This document shows positions 19,168 through 27,714 of a DNA stretch of 64,000 nucleotides, in pieces. Origin of the DNA: an uncultured Vampirovibrio sp. (lineage in GTDB: Bacteria > Cyanobacteriota > Vampirovibrionia > Gastranaerophilales > Gastranaerophilaceae); assembly GCA_910583875.1 (NCBI GenBank), contig CAJTXT010000005.1, positions 72,104 through 136,103 of the forward strand, written 5' to 3'. The notes under the pieces are model-generated. The model was not told where the DNA came from, made no database searches, and saw only the letters and a program-made list of their open reading frames with translations. Every line of letters starts with the position of its first letter. Position 1 is the first letter of the stretch. A program made the translations under genes and the position numbers.

Positions 19168-19264
19168 AAAGATAAAAGCAGAAAAATTTCATTTTCGGCA
19201 CCTGTGTTTTCGCGATTCCTAAAAACAATGGTGCCAAAAATAAAATTTTTCTGCTTTTATCTTT
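19168..19264 (-). repeat. family-2 repeat
   Basis: Arms match at 33/35 positions. Core 'cacctgtgttttcgcgattcctaaaaacaatggtg'. Ends 4 nt before the stop codon of the 19268 gene. Confidence 0.88.
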
Positions 19265-19267
19265 GAA

Positions 19268-20566
19268 CTATTTCAAAAATTCTAAAGGCGGAACCCCTTC
19301 AAATTCTTCATATTCTTCTACCGATACAGTATTAGGAGCTTGATATTCATCTTCTAAACTTTTTTCAAGCAATTCTGCTTGTTTATTTAGAAGTTTATTA
19401 TTAGCACAAGCAATATCACGCCCAATTGATTTAGATGCAAGATATACAGCCTGTTCAGAAGGTGCACCTTCAGCTGCAACTGTTTCTTGAACATCATAAC
19501 TTGCCCAATCATCAGGTAATTCATCAACTGTAGTATAACCTTGCTCGTCATCAAGTCTTTTATCAACTTCATTTTCAAGAATATCTGTTACATATTCTTT
19601 TTGAGATTCAAAATGACAAGGAAGAACAAGCTCTGTACCAATAATCTCTTCAGGATCACGTTTTTCATATTTTTTAAGCATTTCTGCTGCTACTTGTAAA
19701 TGACCTATTTCCATTTGCATAAATTCTTCCCAGATAAGTTTCAATTTATCATCAACTTCATCTTTATAACAATTATAATAATTACAAACTTCCGTAAATT
19801 CATGTAATAACCATTTTTCAAGCATTGTTTCAGTAGGGTCAACAAGCGTTTCGTACATTGTTACGTGTTCCTCTTCAACGTCACATATTTCAGCATATAA
19901 ACGTTTTAAATCTGTATTGCCATACATAAAACCGTGCTCTGCATAATAATTATGTGTTTGTTGTTCACCCGAAATCAAAGTTAAAATATTTACTTTTGTA
20001 ATTGGTGAAGTTTTATCTTTATCGTATGGCTTACGAATTCTTAAAGCATTACAATTATGATGATATTGAGTAGGTCTTCCTATAACAACATCTGTCATTA
20101 GCTGAAGAATTTCATTAGGGTCTGTTTCTTCAATCATATATGCAAATTGAGAATATCTGTATAAATGGTCAAAGTCTTCTAATAAACCAAAATTAAAAGT
20201 TTCTTTTACATATTCATCAGGTTCATTTTGTGCAAGCCAAGCTGTTAAATCTACCGCAACCTGCTCATAGCCTAATGTTGTATCAAGTACAGTTTGATTA
20301 GGCGGAGTCAACCAATTAACGGTTGTTTGCTGCATATCTTCTATTCTTCTTGTTTTTACTAAAAGTTTATTTAATTCAGTATCTGCAGATTTACGAACAA
20401 AACAATGTTTAAATGTCCAGGCATTTGTTTCAATACCATTCATTAAAATTTGTCTTGTTCTTGTATAACAATCAGCTTCCATTCTATTATAAGGTCTGCG
20501 CACAATATCATGCCAGGTTCTTATTTGTTTATCTATCGGAATACCTTTTTCTTTTAATACGTTCAT
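19268..20566 (-). CDS. hypothetical protein with ferritin-like ExxH pairs
   Basis: 432 aa. 'DVEEEHVTMYE' and 'MQMEIGHLQVAAE' lie about 45 aa apart. Assignment is weak. Confidence 0.35.
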   Translation of the reverse strand: MNVLKEKGIPIDKQIRTWHDIVRRPYNRMEADCYTRTRQILMNGIETNAWTFKHCFVRKSADTELNKLLVKTRRIEDMQQTTVNWLTPPNQTVLDTTLGYEQVAVDLTAWLAQNEPDEYVKETFNFGLLEDFDHLYRYSQFAYMIEETDPNEILQLMTDVVIGRPTQYHHNCNALRIRKPYDKDKTSPITKVNILTLISGEQQTHNYYAEHGFMYGNTDLKRLYAEICDVEEEHVTMYETLVDPTETMLEKWLLHEFTEVCNYYNCYKDEVDDKLKLIWEEFMQMEIGHLQVAAEMLKKYEKRDPEEIIGTELVLPCHFESQKEYVTDILENEVDKRLDDEQGYTTVDELPDDWASYDVQETVAAEGAPSEQAVYLASKSIGRDIACANNKLLNKQAELLEKSLEDEYQAPNTVSVEEYEEFEGVPPLEFLK

Positions 20567-20642
20567 TATTTTTCCTTTCTAAAATTATAGGAATGCAATT
20601 GTGTATAAAAATAAAATTAGAATCACGCTCAAAAATAATTAG

Positions 20643-20841
20643 GAAATTATATAGAAATTTACACTAAATCTGCTTAAAAAATAGTAATAATGTCATTCCG
20701 AACTTGTTTGACTACTTTTTCCAAAATCTTTGATTTTGTGAAAAATGTCTGGTTTTCCACGGAATCTTACAATTTGTAAGACCCTGAAACAAGTTCAGGG
20801 TGACAACTTTAGCTATTTTAGTGTAAAGTTGCACATAATTT
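20643..20841. mobile_element. family-1 MITE, full length, carrying a nested 51-nt insertion
   Basis: Ends 'gaaattatatagaaatttacactaaa' and 'tttagtgtaaagttgcacataatttc' are inverted. Two hairpins (ttccg and ccctg variants). Confidence 0.85.
20710..20760 (+). mobile_element. nested 51-nt mini-element (family 3)
   Basis: 'gactactttttccaaaatctttgattttgtgaaaaatgtctggttttccac' splits the hairpin 'ccgaacttgttt|cggaat'. Confidence 0.85.
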
Positions 20842-20892
20842 CAATTTTTCAAGGAATTATAATTTTATATTTATACATTTGGTCATTCCTTT

Positions 20893-22224
20893 CTATCGAC
20901 AAAGCGCATGAGCAAAAAGTTCTGCAACTTTGTGGTTATAAAATCTGCCGTCATCTTTTGCAAAAAGATTTTCCCAATGACTTTCAGGACTTCCATCCAT
21001 TGAATATGAAGGATTTGTCATCATAATATGATGCGTATTTGTATCATACCTAAGCGGGAAAATATCATTAGTCTGCATAAAACTTGGCAGCTTATCACTT
21101 GCATTATAATATGCAAACAGAGCTGTATTTATTCTATGAAGCCTTTGTTCATAACTGATACCGCCCTCGTAGTTATCGTTTTCAATTTCAACACCAGGAG
21201 CGTAAACTCTGTTGTATTTTAATTTTTCAGATAATTCTTTTACAGCAAAAAAATCATCGCCTGTAATAAAATCAGTACCTGCATTTAACCCCATTAAACG
21301 ATAGCGTTCAAAATCATCTGAACTTTTTTCACCGACAAAACTTATCGTAGTTTTTCCGCTTCTTGCTCTAATTTCATTTAAAATATACTGCATCTGAGGA
21401 TATTCAGGCAAATCACCCACACCTGTATAATTTTCACAATCATACCCGCCAATATGTTTAGCTGAATCTATAAACATAGATTCAAAGCCTAAATTCATTA
21501 GTTTTACACTTTCATTAATATAGAGTTCAACATGTTCAGGGTTACACCAGCTAAATGTTTCATCACTACCATTAGGATATGCAACTTTTATCTGATCGGC
21601 AGAAATTACAGTTCTAAACCCTGTTTTTATACCACGAAAATGTGCTAAATCATTAAATGCCTGTATTTGTTCCTCAGGTGTAATTTTATCTGCAATGTTA
21701 TATGAAATAACATTATCACTATAACCCGCATTAAGCTTTATTCCGTAAATAGAGTTTTCTTCAAATGGACCTTTATTATAGCTATCACCAAATATATTGG
21801 GAAAAATCTGAGAAATAATAACGCAATTTGCCCAGCTTTTTGCAGATGGCGGAATAGCAGGAAGAAGTTTAATACAGCTAAGCATGCCGCAGCATGTTCT
21901 ATCAAAATTCATCTGCGCAATTGCGCGATTATTTAATTCTATATAATTTGCTAATCTTCCCCAATTATCACCATAATTCGGGCTCAAAATCTCATCGGGA
22001 AACTTTTCATAGAATATGCCGCCTTCAGATAAAGTCGCAATAGATTCAACAGCTTGCTTAATACTGCGTGAAAGTAATTCAGCTGGAACTATATTTGCTA
22101 CCCATTTTTTTGAAGCATAACATCCAAGCGAATGATAAGTTCTTTCTTTTGTCCAATTATTTTCTTTCAATTGAATATCTTCGCTAAGTGATTTTAATAA
22201 TTTATTTACATAATTTTCTTTCAT
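20893..22224 (-). CDS. hypothetical protein, possibly a GH13-like TIM-barrel glycosidase
   Basis: 443 aa. 'GFESMFIDSAKHI' resembles alpha-amylase region II (GFRxDxxKH) and 'FMQTNDI' resembles region IV. Assignment is weak. Confidence 0.35.
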   Translation of the reverse strand: MKENYVNKLLKSLSEDIQLKENNWTKERTYHSLGCYASKKWVANIVPAELLSRSIKQAVESIATLSEGGIFYEKFPDEILSPNYGDNWGRLANYIELNNRAIAQMNFDRTCCGMLSCIKLLPAIPPSAKSWANCVIISQIFPNIFGDSYNKGPFEENSIYGIKLNAGYSDNVISYNIADKITPEEQIQAFNDLAHFRGIKTGFRTVISADQIKVAYPNGSDETFSWCNPEHVELYINESVKLMNLGFESMFIDSAKHIGGYDCENYTGVGDLPEYPQMQYILNEIRARSGKTTISFVGEKSSDDFERYRLMGLNAGTDFITGDDFFAVKELSEKLKYNRVYAPGVEIENDNYEGGISYEQRLHRINTALFAYYNASDKLPSFMQTNDIFPLRYDTNTHHIMMTNPSYSMDGSPESHWENLFAKDDGRFYNHKVAELFAHALCR

Positions 22225-22361
22225 AATAAATAAATAATTTATCTACCAAAGAAAGATTTCATTAGACTTGTAGATATTTTTTCGGGTAATTAGTTTTTTT
22301 ATAAAAATAATTGGGGTCTTGTAATTTTTTTTTGAGCATATAATAATATAAATAGCTTTAT

Positions 22362-22435
22362 GGCAAGGTAGCTCAGTTGGCGAGAGCGCACGGCTCATAC
22401 CCGTGAGGTCGAGAGTTCGAATCTCTCCCTTGCTA
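22362..22435 (+). tRNA. tRNA with CAT anticodon (Met, or Ile2 if lysidinylated)
   Basis: Cloverleaf folded by hand. Acceptor ggcaagg/ccttgct (G1:U72), D arm gctc/gagc, anticodon stem cacgg/ccgtg with loop ctCATac, T arm gagag-ttcgaat-ctctc, discriminator A. Confidence 0.85.
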
Positions 22436-22467
22436 TTTTTATTTGCTTTATTTTGGGCTAATTCGGG

Positions 22468-22586
22468 ACAGTTTGCGAAATTTGCTCCAAAGTATTGATT
22501 TTATTGAGTTTTAATTTTAAAAAATAGGCAAGAATAAAATTCTTAAACTGGACCAAAACGGACTTTTTTTACCAGTTTAGGAATTC
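22468..22586. promoter_or_regulatory. three copies of the 12-nt motif AATTCnnAAACT / AGTTTnnGAATT
   Basis: 22468-22483 'acagtttgcgaaattt'. 22538-22551 and 22572-22585 form a 14-bp inverted repeat (13/14 match) with a 20-nt spacer. On the minus strand that repeat is followed by a T-rich run, so it may be the operon terminator. Confidence 0.45.
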
Positions 22587-22860
22587 AAGATAGAAAACCC
22601 AGTAAAGAAGATTTTAAATTAGCAGTTGATATTTTAGAAGAAATTTTGAATTACAATGAGCCGTACGAGCAAAAGAAATTCCAAAACAAGCGAAATTGCG
22701 AAATATGCAAAGAGATTATAGAAAAGCGTTATAGATAAAGTTGAAAATTTAATTTTTTTATACCAGTGCTATTTTGAGATTAGAGATATTTATGATAAAT
22801 AAGTATCAAATTGCAAATTAAATTCAATAAGAAGCCTGTTGAACACTTTTTGAACACTAT

Positions 22861-24573
22861 TCATTCGCTAGCTTGTTGATTTGGAAGTTCTGGATTTAAA
22901 TCAATGCCATCAACCCAAGATAATTTTACATTATAACCAAATCCTTTTAAATCCGTAATTATTTTGTCCAAGGCTAACTTACTTATAAAAGTAAGTTTAT
23001 TCTCTCCTTTATCATTAATTATTAAGTATCTAATAGTATAATCTTGATGTGCATTCAAAGAATTGTTTAATCTATGCTTAGGATTATCAAGTTTATCATT
23101 TACACTCGGGACAAAGACTTCTTTCATTGAGGCAAATGCTCTTGCCGAAACATAACCTTGATTAAACAAATGACTCAGATTTGCAGCTTTAGTACCTATT
23201 TTAGAATGAATAAATTCTTTTTTATTAGGTTCGAATATATCACAAATTTCCATTTTATCGCCATCAATGGTAATTTGTTTATTTATTTGATCTAACAATT
23301 CTCCATTCAATTGATTACAAAAGTTTCTATTAAAAATCCTTTCTTTATCAATATGTTTAGTTTCATTTATTTTTTCATTAAGTATTTCTTGAGTAGTATT
23401 ATGTTTTACAGTTTCATCTACTTCTATTGTTTCGCCAATGTCTTCAATATTTTTATTTATTCGTTCATATTTATCAGTAGATAAGCCATACCATACTGCA
23501 TTAGACAGAATATAAACCTGATTATCAAGTTTAAGTTCTCCATATAAACATTTTAATACAGACCATTCTTTGTATTTATTACCTTCTTCATTTAACAAAA
23601 TTATTTTATCTTGATTTAAATTAAGATTTTCTGGAGTTTCTCTTAAGCCAAGATAATCATTTAAAGATAATTTTTCAAATGGTTCAGAACTACGAGAATT
23701 TTCTGCAAGTTTATATTTAATGCTCGAAACAAGAGTTGAATCATAATCAATTTCAGGTTCAAATAAAAAGAAATTTGAGTCTTCCTCTGTAAGTTTATCT
23801 TTTAATATTTCGTTTAATTCTTTCTGTTTTTGGCTCGATAACGGTCTAAGACCTTTAAAAAACTTATTTACAATATCACTATTTATTTGCACATTTTTAT
23901 ATAAATCTAATAATAAACTTAATCTATCATCTAAATAATTCCAACAAGGTATTTCTGATTCTTTAAATCTCATTTTTATATTTAATGGTCCGTATTTGCC
24001 TATAACGGAACTTATTGTTGATGAATCCGCAACTGCATTTAAATGTCTAACTATATCATTATCTTCTAATTCTGCATTAAAAATTTCGTTTGATAGTTCT
24101 TGTGCATTTTGAAATTCTGTATTTCTAGGATTGCTTGATATGTTGCGAGTTCCTGCTCGTCTGATTTTTGCACCTTGATCAATCAAAGCCATTGCTGTAT
24201 ATATCCCAAACGTATCCTCTATTTTGTCTTTTGTTATGTTATGTCTGCCTTGTCCAAAATTTATTGCAAATAGGTATTTTTGATTATTATGTACAATTTG
24301 TTTTATTACAGTAAGTCCTTCGGCTGCGGTATTTGCAAATTTATCTTTAATGGTATCTTTTAAGATTTGCTCATCAAATTCTATTACCCAAGCTGGTTTT
24401 TGTCCTGCGCGTCCATTCTTATATAGAAAATAATTATCATTTTCTTCGCCACCTAAAATAACATTACTTTCTTCATAGTTTTCAATGTAATTATCTCTGC
24501 TATTAAGATTACAGTCTGCTTTTAGTAACATAATGTTTAAGTTAACTGTTTTTACTTTTTCTTCTTCCGACAC
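22861..24573 (-). CDS. 570-aa orphan, possibly a TIGR04141/DUF6119-like 'sporadically distributed' protein
   Basis: GTG start behind GGGAG. N-terminal 'LNIMLLKAD'. C-terminal 'ICDIFEPNKKEFIHSKIGTKAANLSHLFNQG' resembles a nuclease motif. The family name is from memory and was not searched. Confidence 0.35.
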   Translation of the reverse strand: MSEEEKVKTVNLNIMLLKADCNLNSRDNYIENYEESNVILGGEENDNYFLYKNGRAGQKPAWVIEFDEQILKDTIKDKFANTAAEGLTVIKQIVHNNQKYLFAINFGQGRHNITKDKIEDTFGIYTAMALIDQGAKIRRAGTRNISSNPRNTEFQNAQELSNEIFNAELEDNDIVRHLNAVADSSTISSVIGKYGPLNIKMRFKESEIPCWNYLDDRLSLLLDLYKNVQINSDIVNKFFKGLRPLSSQKQKELNEILKDKLTEEDSNFFLFEPEIDYDSTLVSSIKYKLAENSRSSEPFEKLSLNDYLGLRETPENLNLNQDKIILLNEEGNKYKEWSVLKCLYGELKLDNQVYILSNAVWYGLSTDKYERINKNIEDIGETIEVDETVKHNTTQEILNEKINETKHIDKERIFNRNFCNQLNGELLDQINKQITIDGDKMEICDIFEPNKKEFIHSKIGTKAANLSHLFNQGYVSARAFASMKEVFVPSVNDKLDNPKHRLNNSLNAHQDYTIRYLIINDKGENKLTFISKLALDKIITDLKGFGYNVKLSWVDGIDLNPELPNQQASE

Positions 24574-24737
24574 AACTCACTCCCTAAATTTGTAATTGAT
24601 ATTATCATCTTACATATAAAAGTAGAGATTTTTAGAAAAATTAATTATTTTTTAAGGTTTGATAAATCTAACATTTTAGATTATTTACTTTAATTGCATT
24701 TAATGTTGTTATTTTGTCGTATAAACCTTATGTTAAT

Positions 24738-25814
24738 TTATTTTATGTAATCTAAATATTCAAGCAATTTTTTCTGCTCAAGATATTTCATGTAGCTTTC
24801 CATGTATTCGTAATCAGGTTCACCAGTATCAGTAACTGGTAAAGTTAGGATTTCTTTTTTTAATCTAGTATCGCTTCTTTTGTAATTGAAACTATACTTA
24901 CCCCGAACTCTATCTGCAATTGTAGTAATAAACATACCAGAATATTTGTTTAGTTTATTGTTATAACCAACTGTAATATCTGATGTAGCAATAAAATCTT
25001 CGGATTTATATATTGAATACCCCATTGAGCCCTCTCCGTTGCGAATAAATGCAATACAGTTCCCTTTTTGGATTAGATATTCATTTCCAGCCTTTTCTAC
25101 AAAGCAAAGAACTCCATTATTCCTATTAGTTGCACCTAGATAAGGTATTCCTTGTTCATGTACTTGTTCTAAGTGATTCAAGCCTTTACTTTTGCCTGCC
25201 ACTAATACTGGGAATATAGCTTTTATTCTAAAATCACACCAACTTTTATTATCAATAATGTTCTTTTTTAACTTCTTTAATTGAGTTAGCTTAAGAACTT
25301 TGTATTGTTCTTTAAGTTTAATTTCACGCTCTTTTATATATTCTTCCATAAATTCGTAATCAGGCTCACCTTTTGAATTTATAGGTAGCATTATCTTGGC
25401 TCTTTTTAATCTGTCACTATTAAATAAATAGCCATAAGAAGCCTTGTTAAGTGCGGTATTTTCTATAGTTTTACATAAAAATAATGCAACATATTTATTT
25501 AAATCTTTTTTATATAAAAGATTTATAGAAGCACCACTAAATCCTCTACCAACAAAGTTATATTCGTGAAAAAAAGCTTTACCCTTAATCGGATCAATAG
25601 AAATAGCATTTTTTGAACTTATGCATCTTTCATTCGCTTTTACAAAAGATATTAGTCCATTATTCAATGTAGAAGTTGAAATATACGGTATATTTCCATC
25701 AATATAATTTTCTATAGGTTTCCCGTACACATTTTTGATTTCAAACAATTTGCAAATCTGAAAATCTTTCCATTCTCTGTCTTTTAAAGATTTAACCATT
25801 TTTACCCTCATCAA
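24738..25814 (-). CDS. R-M specificity subunit (HsdS-like, BcgI-B-like) with two target-recognition domains
   Basis: 358 aa. Internal duplication: 'PINSKGEPDYEFMEEYIKEREIKLKEQ' and 'PVTDTGEPDYEYMESYMKYLEQKKL' end the two halves. Confidence 0.8.
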   Translation of the reverse strand: MMRVKMVKSLKDREWKDFQICKLFEIKNVYGKPIENYIDGNIPYISTSTLNNGLISFVKANERCISSKNAISIDPIKGKAFFHEYNFVGRGFSGASINLLYKKDLNKYVALFLCKTIENTALNKASYGYLFNSDRLKRAKIMLPINSKGEPDYEFMEEYIKEREIKLKEQYKVLKLTQLKKLKKNIIDNKSWCDFRIKAIFPVLVAGKSKGLNHLEQVHEQGIPYLGATNRNNGVLCFVEKAGNEYLIQKGNCIAFIRNGEGSMGYSIYKSEDFIATSDITVGYNNKLNKYSGMFITTIADRVRGKYSFNYKRSDTRLKKEILTLPVTDTGEPDYEYMESYMKYLEQKKLLEYLDYIK

Positions 25815-27714
25815 ATAAATAGGCTCTGCCTTGTGCTATCATTGAGAACTCAAATGTTAAATAATCAGCAATTGTTTTGTTAAAATCTTTTTCTGTTGGT
25901 ATTTCGTCATTAAAATAATAAAAAGAGTGTAACCATTCGTCAGTTGGTTCAATAGTAGATTTAACACAGAATTTTGTAGGAGCTTCAATTCTATTAAACC
26001 ATACATCTAACAAATGTTGTTTCTTGTCTTTAGCATATTCTGTTTCGACTAAGCCAATGTGTGGAGATACTTTGAAACCATCGTCCTTGAAATCAATAAA
26101 TTTACATTCTTTATCTTTAGGATGTGGTTTATGTGCTGTAAATATAGCTATACATGGATTAGTTCCCACCCCATAAAAAGTATCGCCACTTAAAGTAATT
26201 ACCCCTTCTAATGTGTGGTGCTTTAGAATGTTTTCCTTATAGTTTTGTTCATCTTTTGTTTTGCCAGTTAAAGATGATTGAGGAATAATAACCACAACCT
26301 TACCATCTTCTGCCAAGGAATCTAATAAATGTTCGACAAAACTAATTTCATATAATGACGGATTCGCTTTAGAACCTTGACTATAAGGAGGGTTCATCAT
26401 ACCAACATTGGCACCTTTAAGTTGCAATTCAGCTTCATTGCATCTTAAAAAGTCTTCATCTATTAAATTGCTTTTGCCATCACCACGTATAATCATATTT
26501 GTTGTAGCAATAGTAAACATATATGGTTGAAGTTCTATACCATGAAGCTGATTTTTACGGATACTCTCTTTTTGTGTTTCGGTTTTGGCTTTCTTTAACA
26601 TATTATGCATTGCAGCAATTAAGAATCCCGCCGTACCACAGCAAGGGTCAAAAACAATATCATCAGGTTTTAAGTCAACAAGATCACAAAATAATTGAGT
26701 TATATGTTTAGGTGTTAAAATTATTCCTAATGTTTGCCCATCACCTCCTGAATAACTCATAAATTCACCATAAAATCTTCCAAGATAATCTTCTGCAGTT
26801 TTTGTATATTTTATGGTTTTGTAAATATTATCATAAATTTGTTCAGCATAGTATTTTAAAGGAGTTTTACCTAAAATTGGGTTAATTTCATTTAAAATCT
26901 TTGTATCTTTAATAACTGCAAATTGAGTTAATAGTTTATCTTTTTTTACAGTAGGTGAAACTTTAGAACGTTGTAAATTTTTATCAATGGCATTATAAAT
27001 TTTATTTCCATCTGTGTCTATATCATCCCCTATAAGTTGTTCAAGATTAAATGACCCTTTTTCAATTTCTCGAAGAGCAAGCAAGATTCCAGAAACAACA
27101 AGAGGCTTCTGTGTATCTTGCAAATTACCATAATTTCTTAAATCCTCATGTAAATTTTTGGCGAATTTAAGAATTTCGGTTGTTTCTTTTTGCAAATCAG
27201 TGTTTTCGCCGAGAATTTCTCTTGTATAATATTCGTCGATATTTTCTTCATTAAATATATAAAATGATTCGACATCTGGCATTATCTTGCAATACTCACG
27301 TTCATTTATAAATAGAGGTGTAATTTTGTGATGTTTTTCATTTCCAGAAACACCAAATGCAATGATCTTTTTATAATTAGTATTATTTATAAGATGTTTT
27401 CCATAAAAGTAAGCACCATTTACTGCGTATTGTCCGACAGATTTAGTATCTGTACTTATTAAATTCTTGTCATCATATTTTACATGTTTTGATAGATCTG
27501 ATTTATCTTCAATGACAAGTATAAAATCTTTCACAACTCCAACATACTCCGGAAAACCAACATTTCCAGTACCTTTCTTTGATGCTGTTTTTAATGCTTC
27601 GTCAATTTCTTTTATTGAACAGCCTTGTGGGTCTAAACAGATTTTTGCTTCTTTTAATAAATCATAAACCCATAAATCAGTTTTGACTTCCTTTTTTGCC
27701 ATATCATATACCAT
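25792..27714 (-). CDS. fused endonuclease and N6-adenine methyltransferase subunit (BcgI-A-like, Type IIB)
   Basis: 640 aa. N-terminal PD-(D/E)xK-like 'GFPEY-x12-VIEDK'. SAM motif 'VFDPCCGTAGFL'. Catalytic 'MNPPYSQ'. Overlaps the S-like gene by 23 nt. Confidence 0.7.
   Translation of the reverse strand: MVYDMAKKEVKTDLWVYDLLKEAKICLDPQGCSIKEIDEALKTASKKGTGNVGFPEYVGVVKDFILVIEDKSDLSKHVKYDDKNLISTDTKSVGQYAVNGAYFYGKHLINNTNYKKIIAFGVSGNEKHHKITPLFINEREYCKIMPDVESFYIFNEENIDEYYTREILGENTDLQKETTEILKFAKNLHEDLRNYGNLQDTQKPLVVSGILLALREIEKGSFNLEQLIGDDIDTDGNKIYNAIDKNLQRSKVSPTVKKDKLLTQFAVIKDTKILNEINPILGKTPLKYYAEQIYDNIYKTIKYTKTAEDYLGRFYGEFMSYSGGDGQTLGIILTPKHITQLFCDLVDLKPDDIVFDPCCGTAGFLIAAMHNMLKKAKTETQKESIRKNQLHGIELQPYMFTIATTNMIIRGDGKSNLIDEDFLRCNEAELQLKGANVGMMNPPYSQGSKANPSLYEISFVEHLLDSLAEDGKVVVIIPQSSLTGKTKDEQNYKENILKHHTLEGVITLSGDTFYGVGTNPCIAIFTAHKPHPKDKECKFIDFKDDGFKVSPHIGLVETEYAKDKKQHLLDVWFNRIEAPTKFCVKSTIEPTDEWLHSFYYFNDEIPTEKDFNKTIADYLTFEFSMIAQGRAYLFDEGKNG

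Noticed and set aside
20745-21026. 93-aa ORF starting inside the family-1 MITE ('MSGFPRNLTICKTLKQVQGDNF...')
   Set aside because: It reads through repeat sequence and overlaps the 3' end of the minus-strand 443-aa gene. The similar peptide at 48622-48966 is likewise a translation of the repeat. It is a repeat artefact.
22362-22435. Calling the CAT-anticodon tRNA specifically initiator tRNA-fMet
   Set aside because: It has a G1:U72 pair rather than the C1:A72 mismatch, and the anticodon stem lacks the three consecutive G-C pairs next to the loop. Elongator Met or Ile2 is more likely, and the two cannot be distinguished by eye.
22547-22738. Start-less reading frame ending 'NKRNCEICKEIIEKRYR*' just downstream of the tRNA
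   Set aside because: There is no initiation codon and no recognisable domain. It is probably a decayed gene remnant, and there is not enough evidence to call a pseudogene of a named family.
25792-27714. Annotation as an orphan Type I HsdM methyltransferase
   Set aside because: The N-terminal PD-(D/E)xK-like motif and the absence of hsdR fit a BcgI-type fused nuclease-methyltransferase better. The Type I reading is kept as an alternative that a REBASE search would settle.
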